Of a stretch of DNA of 56,836 bases, positions 48,994 to 56,836 are shown in pieces; position 1 is the first letter of the stretch, and every line of letters begins with the position of its first letter. The stretch spans positions 1 through 56,836 of the forward strand of contig CALWBG010000001.1 in NCBI GenBank assembly GCA_944375975.1, read 5' to 3'. Origin of the DNA: an uncultured Roseburia sp. GTDB taxonomy: Bacteria; Bacillota; Clostridia; Lachnospirales; Lachnospiraceae. Made by a program: the position numbers and the translations under genes. Under the pieces are notes generated by a model. The model was not told where the DNA came from and did no database searches. It worked only from the letters and a program-made list of their open reading frames with translations.

Positions 48994-49266
48994 CTACAAA
49001 AATTTGCACGCCACAATTCCATAAAGCAGCGCAAACCCGCCAACTCCAAGGGTTCCGAGTGTCAATAAGCTAACAGGATTAAGCCCAACCGCAAGCGCAA
49101 TTCCCTGCGCCGCAAGATAATCGTTTGTAAAAATCACACAGATTGCCCCCAAAACCGTCCGCACCAGAAAATTTAAAAGAATCTGTGATTTCCTTTTTAC
49201 CGCGGCAATCAAAAGCACAGCTCCAAGAATTGCTAAAATCACTCCAAATGCTTCCGTCTGCTGCAT
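48994..49266 (-). CDS. bofA: Pro-sigmaK processing inhibitor BofA family
   Basis: NFLVRTVLG...N...VGLNPVSLLTLGTLGVGG; adjacent to a yaaL-like gene. Confidence 0.75.
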   Translation of the reverse strand: MQQTEAFGVILAILGAVLLIAAVKRKSQILLNFLVRTVLGAICVIFTNDYLAAQGIALAVGLNPVSLLTLGTLGVGGFALLYGIVACKFL

Positions 49267-49577
49267 CAGCGTCTCACCTCTGACATGCCTCCTTTTTTCA
49301 TTTTTAAATTTATTCCGTATTTTTCTTTTTATGATTAAAATATAAATTTTTTTCCGCGCGTAACATATTTTCCCGTTTTTTGTATAGAATGGGAATTTTG
49401 CGATTATACTAGGAGTAAAGCTATGATTAATTTAGACGGAGGAATAGTGTGAAAAATAAGCTTGATAGCTTATTTTTCACATGCAAACTTGTTTGCGTTG
49501 GCTATATTGTGCCGGAGCGTCACAAATAAGCCCTGATGGCACCCCGTCGCGTAAAACGCTCCGGAATGGAGACTGAT

Positions 49578-49829
49578 ATGCTGCGTTTTTTTCAACAAGA
49601 AAAAACGAATGATGAACATTATACTCTGCTTATGAATGACCTCCACCAGACGGCACAGGATCTGCAGGATGCCTACCGCAATCTGGAAAACGTCGTTGAC
49701 CCGGACCTCATTGACTGCTGTATCTACGAACTGTATTCCGTGCAGATGCGGTATAAATTTTTACTTGCAAGTATAAAAAAAATAGAGGATTCCTATGCAA
49801 AGAATCCTCTGGAAGCGTCAAAATCCTGA
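49578..49829 (+). CDS. YaaL/DUF2508 family protein
   Basis: AYRNLENVVDPDLIDCCIYEL...RYKFLL. Confidence 0.8.
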   Translation: MLRFFQQEKTNDEHYTLLMNDLHQTAQDLQDAYRNLENVVDPDLIDCCIYELYSVQMRYKFLLASIKKIEDSYAKNPLEASKS

Positions 49830-50269
49830 CACGTCTCAACCAAATCATTTTTCCCGTAAGTATACCCGGCATACACATGCTGGGTATTACTCATAAGGGG
49901 AGCAGACGTATCCTGACTCATGGTCTGTTCAAACGCCGTATAAAGCTTTCTCATCAGCCGTTCCGCAAGCTCTATGTCCGAAAGTCCGCGCTTATACATC
50001 GCCCGCGCGAGACAGTCCCGGCAGAATACATAAATCCGATAAAGCTCGGAAGCCAGCTCATATGAAAAATTCAGGGATGTCATCAGCTCCGTAATCGTGC
50101 GCTGCGCCTGGCGAAGCGCCGTTTTATAAGCATCCCACTCCTTTTTCTCATATGCCTCTTTTGCATCCGAAAGATAGGCAAAGAGCATATCATAAATGAT
50201 AATCACCAGCCCCCCGCGGTTACTCTGACTGATTCTCCTTGTAAAATCCGAAACCTGTTCCTTTTTCAA
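49793..50269 (-). CDS. fliS: Flagellar chaperone FliS
   Basis: LVIIIYD...AQRTITELMTSLNFSYELASELYRIY; follows the flagellin. Confidence 0.8.
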   Translation of the reverse strand: MKKEQVSDFTRRISQSNRGGLVIIIYDMLFAYLSDAKEAYEKKEWDAYKTALRQAQRTITELMTSLNFSYELASELYRIYVFCRDCLARAMYKRGLSDIELAERLMRKLYTAFEQTMSQDTSAPLMSNTQHVYAGYTYGKNDLVETCQDFDASRGFFA

Positions 50270-50284
50270 AGCATCTGCTCCTTA

Positions 50285-51721
50285 TTACTGAAGAATCTGC
50301 AGCACCTGCTGCGGCAAATCGTTCGCCTGCGTCAGCACGGAAATCGCTGCCTGATTCAAAACATTCTGATGTGCATAATCAGTCATCTCATCTGCCATAT
50401 CGGCATCCGTAAGTCTCGAAAGCGCACCCGTCATATTTTCCTCAAAGGTGTCAAGGCTTGCCACCGAACTCTCAAGACGGTTCTGATAAGCACCAAGCTT
50501 GGAACGCACCTCGCTGACCTTGGAAATGGCATCATCAAAGCTGGTAATTGCCCTGTCTGCTCCGTGGACGGTCGTAACGTCCACCAGATCAATATAGAGG
50601 CTCTCACAGGAAACCTCGGGAATCCGCACATCCATCTCCTGGTCAGTATTCGCTCCGATGTGGAGTATCATAGTGCCGATATCCGTTACATCAAACTCAA
50701 TATCTCCGGCATACCCTGCCTCTGCCATAAACGACAATGAAAAGCCTTTCCTGTCTGTAACCGTAATCTTATTTCCATCAACAGAAACGCTCGCAGTATC
50801 TCCAAAGCCAGTACCGTCGCCAGGTTTTGTCAACGTAATCTGCGCATCCGTACCTGTCGGTATATTACCAGCAGCATCCGTATATACAAATGAATCTTCA
50901 TCCGCATCGTATGTAACGCCCGTAATCCCAAGTGCGGTTGCAAGGGTATCGTCATCAAATGTAATTTTCAGTGCACCCTGGCTTCCGTATGCTGTGGAGT
51001 AAAAATTAATCTGATTTGTTGCGGTATCAAACTCCACGTAAGCCTCCCCAATCTCGGCAGAGTCCCTTAGTTTCTGATACACTTGCGCATAGGTGTCTGT
51101 AGCCGCAATGTCAATTTCCACACCGTTAATGCTCATCGTCCCTGCTGTGCCGACTGCGGTGCCAGAGGTATAATCAGCAGCCGCCAAAACAGGCCCCGCC
51201 TGAGTAGCTGCAACATCTACCGTGAGCAGATACTGGTCTGCGCTGACAGCATCGGAAATATTAATGCGCGTGGCATGCTCTGCATACACCCTCGTGTCCA
51301 GGGAACCATCAAGAAGGGACTTGGTATTATATTCCGTGTCTGTGGAAATACGGTTAATCTCATCCTTTAAAGATTCTATCTCCTTTTGCACCGCCTTCTT
51401 CTCCTCCAACGACATTGTCGCGTTACTTGCCGCCTGGACTGAAAGCTCCCGCATACGCTGTAAAATACTTGTTGTCTCGCTCAAAGCCCCATCCGCAATC
51501 TGAATAACCGAAATACCGTCCGAAGCATTCTCCGACGAGCGGTTCAGTCCGTCTATCTGCGCCTGCATCTTATTGGAAATCGCCATCCCGGCAGGATTAT
51601 CCTTTGCATGATTAATTTTCAGTCCCGAAGAAAGCCGCTCCATCGTCGTAGAAAGATCGTTCTCTATCCCCAGTAGATTTCTGTTGGCAATGGCCGCCGA
51701 CACGTTATAATTAATTTTCAT
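50285..51721 (-). CDS. fliC: Flagellin
   Basis: MKINYN...ERLSSGLKIN, LQRMRELSVQ, RSKLGAYQNRLE, DADMADE, QANDLPQQVLQIL. Confidence 0.95.
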   Translation of the reverse strand: MKINYNVSAAIANRNLLGIENDLSTTMERLSSGLKINHAKDNPAGMAISNKMQAQIDGLNRSSENASDGISVIQIADGALSETTSILQRMRELSVQAASNATMSLEEKKAVQKEIESLKDEINRISTDTEYNTKSLLDGSLDTRVYAEHATRINISDAVSADQYLLTVDVAATQAGPVLAAADYTSGTAVGTAGTMSINGVEIDIAATDTYAQVYQKLRDSAEIGEAYVEFDTATNQINFYSTAYGSQGALKITFDDDTLATALGITGVTYDADEDSFVYTDAAGNIPTGTDAQITLTKPGDGTGFGDTASVSVDGNKITVTDRKGFSLSFMAEAGYAGDIEFDVTDIGTMILHIGANTDQEMDVRIPEVSCESLYIDLVDVTTVHGADRAITSFDDAISKVSEVRSKLGAYQNRLESSVASLDTFEENMTGALSRLTDADMADEMTDYAHQNVLNQAAISVLTQANDLPQQVLQILQ

Positions 51722-51729
51722 TGTGCACT

Positions 51730-51824
51730 CTCCTTCTATATCCGTCCCGCATCCGTGCTGTTATTCTGACATTCCCTGTCCCGAATCTCTGCTTTATATA
51801 TCGGTTCCAAGAGCATTTCCCTAA
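51730..51824 (-). promoter_or_regulatory. Sigma-28 promoter and CsrA-type GGA sites in the flagellin leader
   Basis: TTAG(51824-21)-15 bp-ACCGATAT(51805-798); leader contains a GCA-CGGA-TGC hairpin, ACGGA and AGGAG. Confidence 0.65.
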
Positions 51825-51931
51825 AGAGTCCATGCGGCAATTTTTTGAATTGATTGCAATCCTGGCCGATTCGTATTATAATGAGCACGTTACGGGAATA
51901 CTGTAAAAAAACAATATCAGGAGGATTATAT

Positions 51932-52141
51932 ATGGCTCAGGTAACAAAAGCAACCATGATTGGTGAACTTCTTCAGATTGATCAGAACATCGCGCCTATT
52001 CTTTTAAATATCGGAATGCATTGTCTCGGATGCCCGTCTTCCCAGATGGAAACAATTGAGGAAGCTGCTATGGTACACGGAATTGACCCGGACGCTCTGG
52101 TCAAAGAGATTAACGATTTTCTTGCAAAGGATCTCGCTTAA
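51932..52141 (+). CDS. DUF1858 family small protein
   Basis: GMHCLGCPSSQMETIEEAAMVHG. Confidence 0.85.
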   Translation: MAQVTKATMIGELLQIDQNIAPILLNIGMHCLGCPSSQMETIEEAAMVHGIDPDALVKEINDFLAKDLA

Positions 52142-52147
52142 TCGAAA

Positions 52148-52213
52148 AAAAGCGGCGGCTTTTGTCTCCGTAAATCCGCAAAAGGATTTTACAGAGACAA
52201 AAGCCGCCGCTTT
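52148..52213. terminator. Long bidirectional hairpin terminator
   Basis: AAAGCGGCGGCTTTTGTCTC...GAGACAAAAGCCGCCGCTTT between convergent genes. Confidence 0.75.
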
Positions 52214-52271
52214 CGTTGCTTATGAAATTATGATTCTCTCATACACCTGTGAAACTGCTCCGGGTGCCGTG

Positions 52272-53051
52272 TCACAGCAAAGCCAGCGTCTGGAGCGCTT
52301 TCCCCTTTAAAATCAACTGGTAATGCTCCCCGAAAAACGCTCCCGCTGCCGGGGAATAAGCCTGCTGCACCGCATATTCGGAAAGAATATTGCATACTTT
52401 ATTGAACTCCTCCGGCGACTGACTGCTCTTGCTCACCAGCAGATAATATCTGTGCGTGGACTCATTCCGGTACAAATCGTTGCTGCCCCGGTAAAAGCCG
52501 TTCAAAACATGCGCCAGACGTGTTACCTCCGACAAATCCTGAAAAACAAACAGCTTCGTAATGTCTACAAGTACCCTTACCGGATTTTCTTCTTTTTGGT
52601 TTTTTCCGCCATCCAGTGGCACGAAGCCGTCACTTTTCGCTTTCTCATCCGCTTTTTGCTTTTCTTCCTGTCCTTTAAACATTCCCAATATATCATCCGC
52701 GCTCTCGGAAACCGGTCCCATTGCGCTGCCGGCTATGACATCCTCGTAAATATCCTCCGGGTCCGGGTCGGAAAACTTCGAAAATCTCGTATCAAGCTCC
52801 TCCGGATATTCCACCTTGGTAATTACTAATATAATGGTATCCGCCGAGAGGGGAATCGCCTCAATCATAAGCGGTATATCGTCTGCCTCAAATCCAAATT
52901 CATAAGCTGCCTGCTGCATCATATCACGAAACAGAAGCTTTGCCTTCTCTGTTCCATATGCAAGCTCGCTGAGTTTAATCTGGCGCTCAGCCAAATCTTC
53001 CCGCGTCAAAGTGCAACGAATCTGATTATCATTTACTTTTTCAATTTTCAT
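52272..53051 (-). CDS. mecA: ClpC adaptor protein MecA
   Basis: MKIEKVNDNQIRCTLTREDL...LMIEAIP; C-terminal ILSEY...EHY. Confidence 0.85.
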   Translation of the reverse strand: MKIEKVNDNQIRCTLTREDLAERQIKLSELAYGTEKAKLLFRDMMQQAAYEFGFEADDIPLMIEAIPLSADTIILVITKVEYPEELDTRFSKFSDPDPEDIYEDVIAGSAMGPVSESADDILGMFKGQEEKQKADEKAKSDGFVPLDGGKNQKEENPVRVLVDITKLFVFQDLSEVTRLAHVLNGFYRGSNDLYRNESTHRYYLLVSKSSQSPEEFNKVCNILSEYAVQQAYSPAAGAFFGEHYQLILKGKALQTLALL

Positions 53052-53292
53052 ACAATCACTTCCTTCATCCGGAAAACCTTGTAAACCGTACATCTATTAT
53101 AATCAAATGCTCTAATGATGTAAAGTATGCCATTATTAAATCTTTCTAAAACAATTTTTGAAGTCTTTTTTGCTTACAAATTTGTAAAATATATACAAAA
53201 ATTACAAAAGCAGTTGAAAAAGAAATCCTTTCATGTTATAAACATATGCATGAGATGCGAAACTGACACGCTTTGAAAGGAGCGGGTATCGC

Positions 53293-54750
53293 ATGGAACA
53301 CACAACTTTGTTCGGCAAATACCGAATTATCTCGATTCTTGGCGCTGGCAGCAGCAGCACCGTCTACCTTGCCGAACATCTTATATTGAAGGTTTACCGT
53401 GCCATCAAATGTATCCCCAGAGACACGGTCAGGCGGGGTTCCGCCCGCTCAGAGGAATTTCCTTTGGCAGAAGCAAACCTTCTGAAAACTCTCAATCATC
53501 CTGGAATCCCTCTCATATATGATATCGACGAGGACGAACACAATATTTACATGATTGAAGAATTTATTCAGGGTGATTCACTGGAGACACTTGTTCTCCA
53601 TCAGGAAACGATTCCACAGGAACAAATTATAGAGTACGGCATTCAGCTTTGCAGTATTCTGGACTATCTGCATCATTTGGCTCCATACCCTATCCTGTAT
53701 CAGGATCTAAAACCCGAGCACATTATATTATGCGGAAATCAGATAAAATTAATTGACTTTGGAATCGCTTCGTTTATTACCGGTTCCGGTAAACATTACC
53801 AAATTTGCGGAACAGACGGATTTGTTCCGCCGGAGGCTTTATCCGGCGAATCTGTCGGCACAACCTGCGACATTTACGGTCTTGGAAAGGTACTATCCTT
53901 TCTTGCCGAAAACACCGTCTGCACCGACGATCTATTACACATTATCAAAAAGGCCTCCGCTCCGTCGCCCGACGAGCGGTATCAAACGGCCGCAGAGCTT
54001 AGGGATGCCCTCATGGAGCTTTCATGCGGCTCTGTGTCCGCGGGAAGCCTTAAAAACCCCGCGTGTCAGACAATCTCACATCTCATACGAAATATTGCCG
54101 TAACCGGCAGCAGACCCGGCGCAGGTGCAACGCATTTTGCAATTTCTCTCGTGTGCACCCTAAATAAAAAGGGAATCCCCTGCGCCTACATACCCATAGA
54201 TCAGCCGAATGCCCTGTCTGCCATAACGAATAGCGGGCCCTTTTTCCGGGAAAAATATGGAATTTTCAACCGAAGGTATTTCACCGGATTACCGGATTAC
54301 GGACCGGGCATCAAAAATCCACTCCCGGAACACTGCATCGCCGTAAAAGATTATGGCACCTGCCTGAGCGAATTGCCGGAACCCACAGAATCGGATCTGA
54401 CAATTTTTATCATGAGCGGGAGCAGTTGGGATATGGCAGCTTCGCTGACGGCTGCCGGGCAGCTTAAGGACCGCCAGAACACCTTATTTGTCTGTAATTT
54501 CAGCAATCAGAGAGCGGCGGAAAAATATGCCCGGGCACTGCGGGAACCCGTCTACTGTTTTCCGGTGGATTGCAATCCTTTTGCCGTAACCACCGGAAAG
54601 GAACGGCTTATTTCCCAATTATTAAACGGAAAGGAGATGAAGCATCATTTTTGGCATTGGCGGAAACGGAACAAAACAGCGCCTGATTATCGGTCTCGCG
54701 GGCTGTCAGGCCGGAGCCGGCGTTACGCATCTGGCCATCGCACTGTCTAA
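53293..54750 (+). CDS. Hanks-type Ser/Thr kinase fused to a degenerate MinD/ParA-like domain
   Basis: LGAGSSSTVY, AIK, YQDLKPEH, DFG, GT..FVPPE, DIYGLG; C-terminal IAVTGSRPGAGATH. Confidence 0.85.
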   Translation: MEHTTLFGKYRIISILGAGSSSTVYLAEHLILKVYRAIKCIPRDTVRRGSARSEEFPLAEANLLKTLNHPGIPLIYDIDEDEHNIYMIEEFIQGDSLETLVLHQETIPQEQIIEYGIQLCSILDYLHHLAPYPILYQDLKPEHIILCGNQIKLIDFGIASFITGSGKHYQICGTDGFVPPEALSGESVGTTCDIYGLGKVLSFLAENTVCTDDLLHIIKKASAPSPDERYQTAAELRDALMELSCGSVSAGSLKNPACQTISHLIRNIAVTGSRPGAGATHFAISLVCTLNKKGIPCAYIPIDQPNALSAITNSGPFFREKYGIFNRRYFTGLPDYGPGIKNPLPEHCIAVKDYGTCLSELPEPTESDLTIFIMSGSSWDMAASLTAAGQLKDRQNTLFVCNFSNQRAAEKYARALREPVYCFPVDCNPFAVTTGKERLISQLLNGKEMKHHFWHWRKRNKTAPDYRSRGLSGRSRRYASGHRTV

Positions 54751-55264
54751 TCTGTGCGCATCCAAGCTCAAATGCAACACAGCGCTGCTGGAATGTCATG
54801 CAAGAAATGAGCTCGCCCGGCTTCCGGAAGAAACGGCACTGCCCTGCCGGCGGTCCGCAAAAAACGGCAGAACCTTTTTTTCGATCTACCATGTAGATTA
54901 TTATCCTGCCGTCCTTCCGGAGGAGCTTCCCTCGCTTTACAATCAAGGCTACCAGTACCTGATTCTTGATATGGGAAGCCGGGACGAACTCAATCTGCAG
55001 GAATTTCTCCGCTGCGACAGGAAGCTTATCATCGGCAGTCTTGCGCCCTGGAAGCTCCGGCAGTACCGGGAATTTTTCTCATATATCAATCACTCTATTA
55101 ACCTTGGGGAAGGTTTTTGTTATCTTACACAATCGGAAAGTCCAAAGCAATTCCGCGAATTTTCCGGTTTCTGCCGCAATCCCGTGCGCAGCGTTCCTTT
55201 TCTCCAGAATCCATTTCAAATCAAAAAAGAACATTTTTCTGTCTTACAGGATTTTCTTTCCTAG
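54641..55264 (+). pseudogene. MinD/ParA-like protein whose 5' end is out of frame (or uses a non-canonical start)
   Basis: Open frame encodes LIIGLAGCQAGAGVTHLAIALS...YLILDMG, but its first ATG/GTG/TTG is at 54971. One extra A at 54673-54676 would join it to TTG 54651. Confidence 0.6.
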
Positions 55265-55390
55265 ATATTTCCTGTCATACCCGTTTCGCCCGCCGGGGAT
55301 TGGGCGAACCTGCTGCAACTAATATATCACACATGGAACCAGCGAATTTCCTTTTGGTAAATCTGAAGTTTGGGGGATACGACATTGCAT

Positions 55391-55600
55391 ATGGAACAAA
55401 TGAGAAAGCTTTACTTAGAGCTTTCCTCGTTAGAGGACAGGGGAATTACCATTTGGCTGAAAGGCGAGCCCAGCAATTCCGGGCACGTTGCGGCAGAGCT
55501 TTGTATCAACGAGGAAAATTCTTATATGCGAGACTATATTTTTGACGAGGGGGTGTTAAAAGAAATTCACTTTGATAAATTAAACAACAATGACACATAA
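55391..55600 (+). CDS. Small hypothetical protein
   Basis: MEQMRKLYLEL...YMRDYIFDEG...FDK; GGGGGA RBS. Confidence 0.6.
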   Translation: MEQMRKLYLELSSLEDRGITIWLKGEPSNSGHVAAELCINEENSYMRDYIFDEGVLKEIHFDKLNNNDT

Positions 55601-55915
55601 TAACACACGGTGTACATGCGCAGAACGCATGCATGCCGAAAAAGGGAACAAACAGGGATGGAGTTCCTCAATGCCCACCCTGTGACGATATCTTACACGT
55701 ACAAATCTGAAAAAAGATACGGCAGGGAACCGGCTCTTTGCGACATGCGCAGACTGTCTTTGGCTCCCTGTCGTTTTTTCGCCCGGGAACATAAGAAAAA
55801 ATTAAGATATTGGCGGTGCGCAATCTCTTCAAAAAACTTTGAATTTATCTGCGGGTATGCTACAATAGGGACGCACAGAGTATTCCTGAAATGCTTAAGA
55901 AGAAAGGGTTTTAAA

Positions 55916-56836
55916 ATGAGAAAGAAAGTTATCCCGTTTTTGGCTGTCGGCGTTTTGATTATTGTCGTAATTTTCTTTATGCTGCTGAGCGGTATCATCG
56001 AAAAATATACTCCGTCCAAGGAGCATATGGAGTTATCCGACTACTACGGACTTTCCTCGGAAGATGAGGTTGCCATCGTGCTCGATAATGATGTGCTGGA
56101 AGCCAGGGGGCGAATCATAAACGGTATGGTTTATCTCGATTACAAGACGGTACAACAGTATATCAACAGCCGTTTTTATTGGGACTACAACGAAAACAAG
56201 CTGCTTTATACGACGGCTTCGGATCTGATTACGGCAGACGCGGAAAGCTCCTCCTACTCGGTGACAAAGGATTCCCATTCCCTGGATCACGTCATTGTGA
56301 AGGCCGACGCTTCCACTGCCTATATCGCCATTGATTTTATCAAGCTGTACTCCGATTTTTCCTATGAAGTGGCGGAGAATCCCAACCGGGTCATCATCAC
56401 CACGGAATGGGGAGAATACACCACCGCACCCGCCAGACAGAGCACCGAGCTGCGCTACCGGGGCGGCATTAAAAGCCCGATCCTTGCCGATATTGAAAAG
56501 GGTACAGAGCTGACCGTACTGGAAGCAGACGAAACCTGGACGAAGGTTGCATCCTCCGACGGTATCATCGGGTATGTCAAATCAAAAGCGCTTGGCACCA
56601 CCGGCACAAAGACGCTTACAAGTGACTTTGTGGAAGAAGAATTTACTCATATCCGCAAGGACTTTAAAATCAATATGGCATGGCATCAGGTCACCAACCA
56701 GGATGCCAATACGACGATTGCCAATGTACTTCAAAACACCAAGGGAGTGAATGTCATTTCTCCGACCTGGTTTTATCTGAACGGACTGCACAGTGCAGCC
56801 TTCCGGTGGCGATTCCTGCTGTACCTGCTGGCAGCA
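55916..56836 (+). CDS. Membrane-anchored SH3/GH18 (chitinase-like) protein, truncated at the window end
   Basis: Manual reading: MRKKVIPFLAVGVLII TM, then SH3-like LRYRGGIKSPIL...GIIGYV, then INMAWHQV...NVISPTWF (start of a GH18-like domain). Confidence 0.75.
   Translation, partial: MRKKVIPFLAVGVLIIVVIFFMLLSGIIEKYTPSKEHMELSDYYGLSSEDEVAIVLDNDVLEARGRIINGMVYLDYKTVQQYINSRFYWDYNENKLLYTTASDLITADAESSSYSVTKDSHSLDHVIVKADASTAYIAIDFIKLYSDFSYEVAENPNRVIITTEWGEYTTAPARQSTELRYRGGIKSPILADIEKGTELTVLEADETWTKVASSDGIIGYVKSKALGTTGTKTLTSDFVEEEFTHIRKDFKINMAWHQVTNQDANTTIANVLQNTKGVNVISPTWFYLNGLHSAAFRWRFLLYLLAA

Noticed and set aside
52148-52213. Unusually long inverted repeat as a possible MITE
   Set aside because: Single copy between convergent genes; adequately explained as a bidirectional terminator.
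1-56836. CRISPR array, tRNA or rRNA genes
   Set aside because: No regularly spaced repeat-spacer array or recognisable tRNA/rRNA sequence was seen by eye.
56783-56836. GH18-like frame turns into GLHSAAFRWRFLLYLLAA after SPTWFYLN
   Set aside because: Does not look like a GH18 continuation, but it is at the very edge; possibly a contig-end artefact and cannot be evaluated.

Overview
Chromosomal window from a Firmicute; gene content and codon style suggest Clostridia/Lachnospiraceae (inference). 1-6100: partial sugar O-acetyltransferase, membrane XRE regulator, and an ABC exporter with an OmpR-type two-component system. ~6100-13340: a visibly AT-rich defence island with a controller-like HTH, a double-domain m6A methyltransferase with an HNH endonuclease, and a convergent two-gene Lamassu-like system. 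~13340-22857: a ~9.5 kb capsid-less phage-satellite/PICI-like element at the 3' end of lysS. It carries a Tn916-type integrase, an unannotated type I toxin-antitoxin module, inovirus-g5p-like small proteins, a TerS-like protein, an iteron origin, a D5/P4 helicase and a divergent regulatory switch. 22850-40860: housekeeping genes (lysS fused to a tRNA-binding domain, greA, dusB, coaX, birA, argF, SPFH, SleB-like hydrolase, pgi, murG, HIT, orphan kinase, rhomboid). 39688-48900: Tad/Flp pilus locus ending in an FHA protein. Then bofA, yaaL, fliS, flagellin, mecA, a Ser/Thr kinase fused to a MinD-like domain, and a partial GH18-like gene. The best novelty candidates are the satellite, the duplicated lysS 3' end, and a highly structured ~213 nt RNA-like element at 31199-31411. 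All family assignments are from motif recognition by eye; no searches or folding programs were run.
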